Source: Felis catus
Taxonomy: Eukaryota
Length of the DNA stretch: 64,000 bases
Reading direction: 5' to 3'
Assembly: GCF_018350175.1 (NCBI RefSeq)
Contig: NC_058368.1
Coordinates: forward strand, 173,974,001-174,038,000
Below the pieces are notes generated by a model, which was not told the origin of the DNA, searched no databases, and saw only the letters and a program-made list of their open reading frames with translations. Positions within the stretch are counted from its first letter, which is position 1, and the number at the start of each line of letters is the position of its first letter. Of the stretch, positions 11,943-24,000 are shown in pieces. The translations under genes were made by a program, and so were the position numbers.

Positions 11943-12742
11943 CTCTACTGCCACTTTTCATGCAGTTTAGAATTCCATTGAATTATATCAGTGTATACTT
12001 AAACTGCCAGTATATACATATATATGCCTGTAGATACTTTAGTTGCCCATCTATTTGGTGGTTTCTCATCTGTACCATTATAAATAATGCTGTGAGAAAT
12101 ATCCTTATGCACTTCATTTTACTAATGCGGTCATCCTTTTGGGTAAACTATTGAAGTGAATTTTGGACTGAGTCCAAAGTGCTCACATTTTGTAAAGGAC
12201 TAAACCACTTACTGAAAGGTTATTGTAGTGTTTGCTCTTAAAACAGTGCAAGTGTGTGCTATTTTTCCCATGCCATCTTTGTGCAAGTTTAATTGTCTGC
12301 CTCACCTAATACATATAAAATGTGATTTAGTTCACATACAATCTTCAGAACTGTATCAAATATGGCTGTATTAATTTTTGTAAACAGTTCAAATACTTTT
12401 AACAAGTTTTTTTTTTAATTTTCTTTATAACTGAGGCTAAAAGCTAAAAGTCAAATGATTATCAAAGAGAAGCACAATTATATTTACAGCATTGTTTTAT
12501 GCACAAATGGGAAATAGTCCAAATTTTCATTATGATGAGCTAATTAAATAAATTGTGATGCATCCATATTACAGTGTGCCAAGAGAAAAAACATAGCTCT
12601 GTATGTGCCGAAATGGAAGATTGGCAAGGCATTTTACTGAATGAGCAAAACAAGTAGCCAGTCAGTGCATGTGATGTGTTCCCATTTAGGTGAAGAAGCT
12701 AAAGCTAAGTTGGTAGAAAGACTTTTGAAAGAATTTATTTCA

Positions 12743-12978
12743 GGGACACCTGAATGGCTCAGTTGGTTAAGCGTCCGACTTCGGCTTAGGTCATGATCTC
12801 ATGGTCCGTGAGTTTGAGCCCCGCATCGGACTCTTTGGCATCAGCTGACAGCTCAGAGCCTGGAGCGTGCTTTGGATTCTGTGTCTCCCTCTTTCTCTGC
12901 CCCTCCCCTGCTCATGCTCTCTCTTTCTATCTCTCAAAACTGAATAAATGTTTAAAAAATATATATTAAAAAAGAAAG
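12743..12978 (+). mobile_element. SINEC_Fc-like SINE
   Basis: TSD aaagaatttatttcag at 12728-12743 and 12979-12994. Confidence 0.9.
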
Positions 12979-13039
12979 AAAGAATTTATTTCAGACTTAG
13001 AAGATTGGGAGAAAACTGCAGTAGGGAAAAAGGATAAAT

Positions 13040-13259
13040 TTAAAAAAAATTTTTTTATGTTTATTTATTTTTGAGAGAGAGGGAGAGACAGAGCATGAGC
13101 AGGGGAGGGGCAGAGAGAGGGAGACACAGAATCCGAAGCAGGCTCCAGGCTCTGAGCTTTCAGCACCGAGCCCGATGTGGGGCTCGAGCTCACAAACTGT
13201 GAGATCATTACCTGAACCGAAGTCAGACACTCAGCCGACTGAGCCACCCAGGTGCCCCC
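13040..13259 (-). mobile_element. SINEC_Fc-like SINE, tail-to-tail with the previous SINE
   Basis: Typical body; flanks aaaa(g)gataaattt. Confidence 0.9.
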
Positions 13260-13289
13260 CAAAAAGATAAATTTTAATTTAAATTATAA

Positions 13290-13460
13290 TGTAATTATTA
13301 TTATGAAATCAGTTAAATAAAATGAGAAGTTCTGTTCTTCAGTCACCCTAGGCTCATTTTAAGGACTTTAGTAGCCACATGTAGCTAGTGGTTTCTATAT
13401 GGATGGCACAGATGTAGAATGTCTCCACCATAGAAGTTTCTGTTGCCCAGTGCTGCTCTG
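13290..13460. mobile_element. MER3/MER33-like hAT-Charlie DNA transposon remnant
   Basis: tagccacatgtagctagtgg...cacagatgtagaat...cagtgctgctct resembles recalled MER3. Confidence 0.6.
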
Positions 13461-14779
13461 TACCCTTGTACTGTTTGAATTTTATGCAGTAAGCATGTCT
13501 TTGTATATGTTTGTAAAATAAGAGTAATACATGTTCATTGTAGAATATTTAGAAAATGCTAACAAATATAAAGAAGAAACTAATAGTCACATATAGGCCT
13601 ATAATTTGGAGATAGCTGTTCTAACATATTGGTATATTTCCTTCCAATCTTTTTTTTCATATATAGATATCTATATCGCTATATAGATATTTTATATATA
13701 GACATCTATATGTGTGTGTGTGTGTATACACTATATTTGGAATCATGTTTAGTAAGATTTTATATCTTACATATTTTTATGTTTAAATGTAAAACAAAGT
13801 AAGAATTTTATTTCTGATAGCATATGTTTTAAAAGTCCACTTCTTTTCAGCTCTTAGACACATCATACATATTACACCAAGTCTTTTGGAACTTTGGTGG
13901 TCTGGAGTAGTAATGTCAGTCTCACCCAGATAGCACCTTCTTTATCATTCAGACATTAAGCTTTCCAGTAAAACTGTCAAGATGTTTATTTAGGAAACAT
14001 TTTAGAAGGCCTCTTCATATCTACCCTGGTTTTCTTGAACTGCATAAATTTCTTTATCTTAACAAATCCCAAGTGAATTTGACAAATGACTTCGAGTTAA
14101 AGGCATAAAGAGAAGTAAAAGGGGAGTAGCAGCCTCTGAAACTATTCTTTGTATTTGTATAATACAGAGATTTGCTCAGACGTATAGCTGGACTGCCAGA
14201 TCCTAGCATCATGAAGAGTGGTTAATTGTCCCTGAAATAAAATTACTTAAAAAAAAGAATCTCTCTTACTCTCCCTATACACACATGTATTTGCATATAT
14301 ATAAAAATATATATATATATATTTAAAGAGCTTTATAGAAATATAATTTATCATATAGTTGACCAATTTCAGGTATATAATTTAATGTATTCTGCATCTT
14401 TAACACCACATCGCTGATGCTTTACTACATTAATCTTAACCCTAAGGTTGAAGAAAAGTAAAGCAGGACTAAAGGGATAATGGCTTTAGAAAAATCCTGC
14501 TTAATTTCAATAAGTAGGAAGAATAACGTTTTTGGAAAAAGAAATCTATCTATTTGCAAGGCATTGTGATTTAGCAGAAAGATCTGTAGCTTTGAAAACA
14601 GACTTCATGTGCTGACTGCTGCTTCCTTGAGGTATGACTTAACTGTTAAGTCACTTGTTCCTTTATAAAAGGGGGTTTAAAACGTTGCCTATCTTGCTGG
14701 GATGTCATTGTGCTTTATTAAAATAAAATAGAATTCATCTGATTCCTAAGGGGTGCTCAACAAATGGTAGCTGCTACTA

Positions 14780-14985
14780 CTGTTTTCCTAGGGAGACACA
14801 GTACGTTCAGAGCACAGCCTCTGCATTCAGATCTTGCTCTGCCACCTACTGACTTGTGCCCTCTTTGTGCCTCAGTGTTCTCTGTAAAATGGGGTGATGA
14901 CTACTGTATCTATCCTATAGGGTTAATAAGGGGATTAAGTGAGTTAATGTAGGCAAGTACTTCATGAATGTGGTTTCTTATTATT
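14780..14985 (+). mobile_element. MIR remnant just upstream of the last THOC3 exon
   Basis: ctctgccacctact...gcctcagtgttctctgtaaaatgggg...attaagtgagttaatgt MIR core. Confidence 0.7.
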
Positions 14986-15022
14986 AACATATTTATTGGT
15001 TTCTCTATATTGATTTTTATAG

Positions 15023-15186
15023 GAGACAAGCTATGGGAGGTGCAGTGTGAGTCCCCGACCTTCACCGTGGCTTGGCACCCCAAAAGGCCTCTGCTGGCAT
15101 TTGCCTGTGATGACAAAGATGGCAAATATGACAGCAGTCGGGAAGCAGGAACTGTGAAGCTGTTTGGGCTTCCTAATGACTCCTGA
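15023..15186 (+). CDS. THOC3: THOC3 terminal coding exon with TGA stop
   Basis: GDKLWEVQCESPTFTVAWHPKRPLLAFACDDKDGKYDSSREAGTVKLFGLPNDS* is the THOC3 C-terminus; tttttatag| acceptor; TGA at 15184-15186. Confidence 0.96.
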
Positions 15187-15610
15187 TAGGGGGACCTGAT
15201 GTAGGGAGAGGAGGCACTGGCAGAGGCCTTCCTTTGTGTGTTAGTTTGGTCTGTTCTCTTGGAGTTGGTGGGCACCTCAAGTATTTGTAAATTGGTATAA
15301 ATTATATACGTCTTTGTCAGTCTGCCTATTCCAGTTCCCTTCTTGTATTATGAGCTCTTCCCATTCTTTCCGCCCTGCAGGAGGGCTCTGCATGATAACA
15401 CCAGCATATCTTGTCCTCTGGGGACCTCCTGTCTTCCCTGCTTTTAGATGTATGGTAGACTTTGTTGTGTTTGTTTCTGTGTGGACAATACCTACTTTGG
15501 GGGAGTGAGTGAGGGAGGGTGAGATGGGGATGGAGATTTTTTATAATAAAGAAATGTACATACTTTTGAGAATTGAGCATTTAATAAAACTGAATTTAAT
15601 TATGGGACTT
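15187..15610 (+). other. THOC3: THOC3 3' UTR (end approximate)
   Basis: Non-repetitive sequence after the stop, ending near two AATAAA hexamers with a downstream T-rich tract. Confidence 0.7.
15545..15588 (+). terminator. Tandem polyadenylation signals (AATAAA at 15545-15550 and 15583-15588)
   Basis: Canonical hexamers 360-400 bp after the stop; U-rich tract at ~15634-15656; a further AATAAA at 15892-15897. Confidence 0.7.
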
Positions 15611-16000
15611 CTAAGACTTGAAAAGTTATGGTATTTTTGCTTTTTTTTTTTTTTTTATATTATTACAGGGAGATGTAGTTTTGCATTTAAAAAAAAAAAA
15701 TCTCAGATTGAATTTACAGGTTGTATTTCTATCATTTTATGTCCTAACCAAGAACTCTGGAAATGCAGGGACCTAGCATGAAGTGTATGGCAATAGCAAT
15801 CCTTAAAGTCTTCAGTTTATGTGTATGTATAACTGGTCTAAATGTACAAGGATTTGTAGACAATAAATTTATGATAAACATTGAGAAAAGTAATAAAATA
15901 TAAGTAAATCCCAAATCAGGATAAGACATATAGATTAGAATAGAATGTCAAGACTGGGGAAATTAAAATAGAAATATGCAAAGAATGAGGGCCTGAGGCT

Positions 16001-16016
16001 GTGCCCCCTGGTGGCA
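16001..16016 (-). promoter_or_regulatory. CTCF-like motif
   Basis: Reverse complement TGCCACCAGGGGGCAC matches the CCASYAGRKGGC core. Confidence 0.6.
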
Positions 16017-17772
16017 AAGTGAAGAAGGGATAAGCCAGTTAATTCTTAAAAAGCAAAGCACATGCCAGTTCCTCAAGGAAAACAGAACTTTTGTTAGCTC
16101 TTACCTCCAAAAGAAATGGCTCCTATAGGAGATTACCTGTGAGCAATATCTTGATCCTCATTGTGTTTTACTGTATTTTGGCATTAAAAAAATAGAAATA
16201 TGCCTCAATAAATGATGTTTGTAGAAATTTTGGAAAAAGATAAGCAAAAAGAAGAAATCATATTTCTCCTCCCAAGAGATAATCACTAATATCCCATGTT
16301 CATAGTTACAAATGGTAACATGTTTATACAAATCCTGCAGGGTAGACAAATCAAGTATGACTAGATAAAGCAAGAAAAGTGCTCAGCATCATGTTAGGTA
16401 GTATTAAAACAGTCTTAATAGAAATTTTTAGTTATTAGACACTCCTTATGTCTGGTACTGTAATGAGCACTTTACTCAAGTTTTGCAACAGCCTCTGAGG
16501 TTCGATGTTATTTTACTACAGGGAGTTTAACTCAGTGTTACTCATTAAGCGACGCTATTCAGATGTAGGTTTGCTTAAAGGTCCACATGCCTTCTATTGC
16601 AATGGCTATTCTATTTCCATTCCCATTCTACAGATAAGTAAACCTTGGCTCTGAGAAGTTGACTCTTGGCCCAAGTTAGTGAATGAGTGAGATCAGTTGA
16701 GTCCTGTCTTCAGGCTCAGTAGTATTTCCTTCAGCCCCCAGAACAGCCTCTGCCTCCATCCTTCCCTGGGGATGGTCTTTTTAGTTGCAAACCAGCATGC
16801 CACCTCATTATGTCAGAAGTTCAGTGTTCATGTTACTGGGAGTAAACTGTGGCACATTGATTCTTGTTTTTACAGTGATCTGTCACTCCTGTGGTTACTG
16901 CTTTGTTTCTCTATATCTCCGCCTTAGCATTGGAACCAGACACCACGGTTCAGTCTAGATCTTCGTATTTGATCAATTGCCTCCTCTTTCATCCATGTGG
17001 ATTTTTTCTCTCTGGGTTTGTGTAAAGTAGCAATCCACTCAACTTTTCATTTAAGAGGTCTGTTGCTTTCAACTAGTGGGATGCTTAGCAACAGGAAAGC
17101 ACTTACCTGTGAGGAAAGAGCTCGTTTGTGGTAGCTTTTGCTGACTCTCAGGATCTTGCTGACAGCATTTCTGTGCCTCGACTTTAGAGTCCTGACGAGG
17201 CTCAGAAATTGGGTCCCTCTTGGAGGAATGGCATAATTTGTCCCAGACCTGATACCCCTATGGTTTGAGTGAGTTTTCTAATTCAGAGCAGGAAGGGAAC
17301 CATTCAGAGTCACCTGGCAGTTGACTTATTTGGTCAGTCCAGCTGTGTCATACAGTTACTGCTCCAAACACTAACAAGTCAGAAGTGGGTGGTGACTTCT
17401 GCTTTGAGCTACACAGTAGTTGGTAAAGAAAGTTGGGGATTTGCTATGCCAGTGACCCATTGCTGTGTAGACTTGAGTTACAAGTCAGGCTAAGAAATAG
17501 GTAGTTAAAATTACAGTATATTTTGTGCTAGGATCCTGATTTCTCTATGGCATGAGATAGAGGGGAGGGTGAAACCTGCCAGATGTTAAGCTTGTGTAAA
17601 GTGTATGTGTGTGCTTTGAGGATTATTCCCTCACCCTAACCTTTGTAGGGGTAGGGCATGGCTGGGGGGTGGTGTCCTGGCAGGGTGGATTGAGAGGCTA
17701 GTACAAGGAGTTTTGGCCAGAGGCAATTAGATCCAAAAAGGGGAATCGGGAAGCAGCCAATACTGTGAGGTC

Positions 17773-17776
<4 letters not shown>

Positions 17777-17812
<36 letters not shown>
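17777..17812. repeat. (GT)18 microsatellite
   Basis: Read directly. Confidence 0.95.
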
Positions 17813-17814
<2 letters not shown>

Positions 17815-18829
17815 TCTGGTTGGGGTGTGATGTGTCAGGGGTCTTTCAGTTTAGAATGACCAGGAATGGGGTAGATACACCTTTACTCCCTTTCCTGTTT
17901 CAAAGATGTATTCTATTCCCTAAGGATTTTAGTCACAAAAGGGACCGCCAAATGTCTACCTTCTTTGGAAGGGAAAAAGCCCATAAGCAGAATTACAAGG
18001 TAAGTCCCATCTTTCAGAAGGAGAGTAGAGATCATACACCTAGAAGTGCCTTGCACACTCAGAATACCTACATATAGGTAAGTATTGCCTTCTTTTCTCC
18101 CTGTGACACTGCAGGGCAGTGAAAAGAAGGCTGGCTTCCTAGGTGAGCAGAAGGGGATTTGAATCCCGGCTCCAGCAGTGATTGATGTGAACCCACTTTC
18201 CTCTCCTCCTTGGGTTGTTCGGAGAGTTAAAGGACATAGCCTATTTGTAAAGCGTCTAGCATAGCAGCTGGCGCACGGGGGATTCTTAGCACATCCCTTC
18301 CCCCTGAGGAAGGGCAGCTTCTGATGAGAACACAGAGGCTGTCCACTTTCTCGGCTCTGTCTCAGACTGTCCACGGTCAGAGCTGTGCAGGCCACGTTTG
18401 TCATTCCAGAAGTAGGTGCTGTGAGGAGAGGAGACTTCTCTGTCACACCTGGGCGTGGCGGGAGGTTCAGAGGAGAAATAGTACATCTGCTTACTGTTGC
18501 AGTCTGTTTGGGTGTGTGATGGATATGTGTGCATGTGAACAGGTGGAGCATACGTCAGAACTGTGCACACCAGTGGGGGAAGAAAGAGTAGCTGAGATGG
18601 CTGGGAAAGGATTGGATGGAGAGGAGGTGGGCTTAGAGCGAGTGTTGATCAGAGAGGGTGCGACTCTGGGGGTGAGGACATGTGAGAAGGGGTGCTGCAG
18701 CTTGGGGCAAAGTGGAGGCAGTGGCAGTGTCTTGGGACGTGGAGAAGATTGTCAGGTGGAATATGCGGTGGGGCTGGAGAGAAAAGAGAGAGAGGGTGTC
18801 GGGCTCTGGCGATGTCAGTTGGTACTGGT

Positions 18830-19020
18830 TAAGGGTGTGCCCTGGTTCAAATCCTTGTTCTGCCATCACTAACTGGGAGACTTAGGTCAAATCACTTCCA
18901 TGAGCTGCAGTTTGTTTATAATGTCCATAATAACAATACTGGTTATGAGGGTTAAATGACTTGCCACATGTCAAATGCCTGGCACATCATGGATGTTAAA
19001 TCAATAGCTATTATTATGTA
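18830..19020 (+). mobile_element. MIR remnant
   Basis: ctggttcaaatcc...gccatcactaactgggagacttagg...gagggttaaatga...cctggcacat. Confidence 0.7.
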
Positions 19021-19224
19021 GGTGTTAACATCAAATCTGTGTGCAATATAAACCTTCTTACCTTATGAAACTTCACTGTCTCCTAAGCTTATCACATCTT
19101 ATGCATTAAAGGTAGGGAGCGGGATGGAGTGGGATTTAGAGAACATGAATATTTAACAGTCATTTTTAAATACCCAATTATGGAACTAAGGCTCTGTGAT
19201 ATTTAAGGATATTAAGTTGAGAAC

Positions 19225-19420
19225 TCTTCAGTGGCTCATATCTGTTAAATGTCCAACTCTTGATTTTGGTTGAGGGCATGATCTCATGGTTCATGAGATC
19301 GAGCCCCGTGTTGTTTTGCTCTGTGCGGACAGCACAGAAACTGCTTATTATTTTCTCTCTTACTCTCTGCCCCTCCTCTGTGCTCTCTCTCTCTCTCAAA
19401 ATAAATAAACCTTAAAAAAA
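19225..19420 (+). mobile_element. Diverged carnivore SINE
   Basis: gtggctca...catgatctcatggttcatgagatcgagcccc...(CT)n aaaataaataaa; ttgagaact flanks. Confidence 0.8.
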
Positions 19421-20036
19421 TTGAGAACTATTCAGCCAATAATTGCAAGTTTACTGGCAGTTGACATGTTTGAAATTGTTGCAACATGGAGCCATGACTG
19501 ATGAACCTCAAGGCATCCAACATCTTAGTCTTTCACCCCTTTGGTAAAGCAAGCAGATTGTGAAAACATGCCTATCCAACCAGCAGCGTCATAGCAAACT
19601 GGGTATAACTTGCCCTGGCTGGAATGCCAGTGCGGACCACTGGGGCCACGATGAATTTGCCAAGAACAAGTTGTTAAAAATCACATTTCCTTTTATTTTC
19701 TTGGTAAGGCTGCTTCAATACAGGTCAGGCAATGGTGCAGGTGTGGCAAGGAATCTGTCAAAATATCTCAGGATGTCCTTGGGGACCAAAGGAGATCTGA
19801 GCTAGGCATAAGCCTATTTACCTGGTCATCAACTGTACCCTGGGTGGGATTAAAATTAATTTGGAGAAAAGTTTCTCTCCTGAAATGAGATAGCACCATG
19901 GAGATCAGGTTGAAGATCATCAGGTCTATGATTATTTATTGAACACTTATGATGGACTGCATCTCCATGATGGTAGCTGAGGTGCATCTTTAAAACATAG
20001 TAGAACTCCTGCCCTCTTATCCTCTTTGTAATAAGG

Positions 20037-20097
20037 AATTTTTTTTTTAAGAGCACAAGCATGTGGGCATGCAAATGTGCAAGTGTGGGAGGGGCAG

Positions 20098-20143
<46 letters not shown>

Positions 20144-20388
20144 TCTCAAGCAGGCTCCACCCCCAGCACAGAACCCAATGCGGGACTTGATTTTATGGCT
20201 GTGAGATCATGACCTGAGCTAAAATCAAGAACCAGAGGCTTAAATGACAGCCACCAGGCACCCCTTTTTTTCCTTTTCCTTTTCCTTTTTCTTTTTTTTA
20301 AAATAGGCTTCATGCCCAATGTGGGGCTTGAACTCATAACCCTGACATCAAGAGTAACATGCTTTACTAACTGAGCCAACCAGGTGCC
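20037..20388 (-). mobile_element. Two adjacent carnivore SINEs (20037-20263 and a short one at 20265-20388)
   Basis: Two ...caggcacc/caggtgcc 5' ends, each with a T-rich tail. Confidence 0.82.
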
Positions 20389-21072
20389 TCTGTAGAAAGG
20401 AATCCTTGTTGGATTGACCAAACATCTGAGCTTCCTCTGAGTGCTGGGCATTATACAATAGAGAGGGGGGGAAGTCAGACTACCATACCTTGGGCTCATT
20501 TTACAGATGAAAGCTGAGGTTCAGGGAGGTTGGGGAACTTGCCCAGGTCCATGTGGTCAGTACATTAGTTTGAAGCCCTGCACATGGGTCCCAAGTGTTT
20601 AGGTTCAGTCCAATCCAGATGTTGCTCACCAACCACATAGATATAAAGGCTTTGGAGTTTTAGATGATGTCAACCATTAACATTGGAATTAATCTGATTC
20701 TCTGTGGTAAAGCTGTCATGATACTGATGGGCGGAAGCGAGACCAAAGGCTTGGCTTGGTGAAGAAAAGGGAAATAACATGAGAGGCAAGGAGGTTCATT
20801 CAACCATCCATTAAACATCTACCCTGTGGCAGACCTGGGCTGAGCGCCAAGAGTACAGATGTGAAGATCAGCTAGTTTCTGTGCCCAGGAACCCACAGTC
20901 TGGTGTGGAGATGGTGAAATTCAGTGTGACAGTGGTTTTGTAGAAGAGTAACTCAGATTGCGTCTCACCCCTGCTGAAAACACTACAGAGGCTTCCCTTT
21001 GAATTTTCCCCAGATCCAATCTTTTCAGGCTGTGTACCTTTCCGTGTCTAGGTCTTAAATTACCTCTTTTTT

Positions 21073-24000
21073 TTCCCCCCAGCAATGGCTGTGTAAATTC
21101 TTTAATTTAATTTAATTTAATTTAATTTAATTTAATTTAATTTAATTATTTTAATTTAATTTTTTAAAAATTTACAAACAAGTTAGTTATCATATAGTGC
21201 AACAGTGATTTCAGGGGTAGATTCCTTAATGCCCCTTACCCATTTAGCCCATCCCCCCTCCCACAACCCCTCCAGTATCCCTTTGTTTGTTCTCCATATT
21301 TATGAGTCTCTTATGTTTTCTCCCTCTCCCTGTTTTTATATTATTTTTGCTTCCCTTATGTTCATCTGTTCTGTGTCTTAAAGTCCTCATATGAGTGAAG
21401 TCATAGGATATTTGTCTTTCTCTAATTTCGCTTAGCATAATACCCTCTAGTTCCATCCATATAGTTGCAAATGGCAAGATTCCATTCTTTTGATTGCCGA
21501 GTAATACTCCATTGTATATATATACCACATCTTCTTTATCCATTCATCCATCGATGGACATTTGGGCTCTTTCCATACTTTGGCTATTGTTGATAGTGCT
21601 TCTATAAACATTGGGGTGCACATGTCTCTTCAACACAGCATACCTGTATCCCTTGGATAAATACCTAGTAGTGCAATTGCTGGGTTGTAGGGTAGTTCTA
21701 TTTTTAATGTTTTGAGGAACCTCCATATTGTTTTCCAGAGTGGCTGCACCAGCTTGCATTCCCACCAGCAGTGCCAAAGAGATCCTCTCTCTCCGCATCC
21801 TCGCCTACATCTGTTGTTGCCTGAGTTGTTAATGTTAGCCATTCTGACAGGTGTGAGGTGGTATCTCATGTGGATTTGATTTGTATTTCCCTGATGATGA
21901 GTGATGTTGAGCATCTTTTCATGTGTTGGTTGGCCATCTGGATGTCTTCTTTAGAGAAGTGTCTATTCATATTTTTTGCCCATTTCTTCACTGGATTGTT
22001 TTTTGGGTGTTGAGGTTGATAAGTTCTTTATTGATTTTGGATACTGGCAAATAACTTCTCCCATTCTGTCGGTTGCTTTTAGTTTTGCTGATTGTTTCCT
22101 TTGCTGTGCAGAAGCTATTTTGATGAGGTCCCAATAGTTCATTTTTGCTTTTGTTTCCCTTGCCTCCGGAGACATGTTGAGTAAGAAGTTGCCCTGGCCA
22201 AGATCAAGGCGGTTTTTGCCTGCTTTCTTCTTGAGGATTTTGATGGCTTCCTGTCTTACATTTAGGTGTTTCATCCATTTTCAGTTTATGTTTGTGTATG
22301 GTGTAAGAAAGTGGTCCAGGTTCATTCTTCTGCATGTCGCTGTCCGGTTTTCCCAGCACCACTTGCTGAAGAGACTGTCCTTATTCCATTGGATATTCTT
22401 TCCTGCTTTGTCAAAGATTTGTTGGCCATACGTTTGTGGGTCCATTTCTGGGTTCTCTGTTCTGTTCCACTGATCAGAGTGTCTGTTCTTGTGCCAGTAC
22501 CATACTGTCTTGATGATTACAGCTTTGTAGTATAGCTTGAAGTCCGGGATTGTGATGCCTCCTTCTTTGGTTTTCTTTTTCAAGAAGAAAAGCTTTGGTG
22601 ATTTGGGGTCTTTACTGGTTCCATACAAATTTTAGGATTATTTGTTCTGGCTCTGTGAAGAATGCTGGTGTTATTTTGATAGGGATTGCATTGAATATGT
22701 AGATTGCTTTGGGTAGTATCAACATGTTAACAATATTTGTTCTTCCTATCCAGGAGCATAGAATCTTTTTCCTTTTTTGTGTGTGTCATCCTCAATTTTT
22801 TTTCATAAGCTTTCTCTAGTTTTCCGTGTCTAGATTTTTCACCTCTTTGGTTAGATTTATTCCTAGGTATTTTATGGTTTTGGTGCACTTGTAAATGGGA
22901 TCAATTCCTTGGTTTCTCTTTCTGCTGCTTCACTGTTGGTGTATAGGAATGCAACTGATTTCTGTGTGTCGATTTTATATCCTGCAACTTTGCTGAATTC
23001 ATGAATCCGTTCTAGCAGTTTTTTGGTGGAATCTTTAGGGTTCTCCATATAGAGTATCATGTTAATCTGCGAAGAGTGAAAGTTTGACCTCCTCCTGGCT
23101 GATTTGGATGCCTTTTATTTCTTTGTGTTGTCTGATTGCAGAGGCTAAGACTTCCAATACTATGTTGAATAACAGTGGCGAGAGTGAACACCCCTCTCTT
23201 GTTCCTGACCTTAGGGGGAAAGCTCTCAGTTCTCCCCATTGAGGATGATATTAGTGCTGGGTCTTTCATATTTGGCTTTTATGATCTCGAGGTATGCTCC
23301 TTCTATCCCTACTTTCTTGAGGGTTTTTATCAAGAAAGGATGCTGGATTTTGTCAAATGTTTTCTCTGTATCTGTTGAGAGGATCATATGGTTCTTGTCC
23401 TTTCTTTTATTGATGTGATGAATCACGTTAATCGTTTTGTGGATATTGAACCAGCCCTGCATCCCAGGTATAAATCCCACTTGGTCATGGTGAATAATTT
23501 TTTTAATGTATTCTTGGATCCGGTTGGCTAATATCTTGTTGAGGATTTTTGCATCCATGTTCATCAGGGATATTGGTCTATAGTTTTCCTATTTAGTGGG
23601 GTCACTGTCTGGTTTTGGAATCAAGGTAATGCTGACTTCATAGAAAGAATTTGGAAGTTTTTCGTCCATTTCTGTTTTTTGGAACAGCTTCAAGAGAATA
23701 GGTGTTAAGAGTTCCTTAAATGTTTGGTAGAATTCCCCTGGAAAGCCATCTGGCCCTGGATTCTTGTTTTTTGGGAGATTTTTGATGACTAATTCGATTT
23801 CCTTACTGGTTATGGGTCTGTTCCAATTTTCTATTTCTTCCTGTTTCAGTTTTGGTAATGTATATGTTTCTAGGAATTTGTCCATTTCTTCCAGATTGCC
23901 CATTTTATTGGCATATAATCGCTCAGAATATTCTTTTATTATTGTTTTTATTTCTGATGTGTTGGTTGTGATCTCTCCTCTTTCATTCTTGATTTTCTTT

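Noticed and set aside
17913..18872. Overlapping 212-aa (-) and 182-aa (+) ORFs
   Set aside because: No recognisable domain, no supporting exon structure, and partly MIR-like sequence; consistent with chance ORFs
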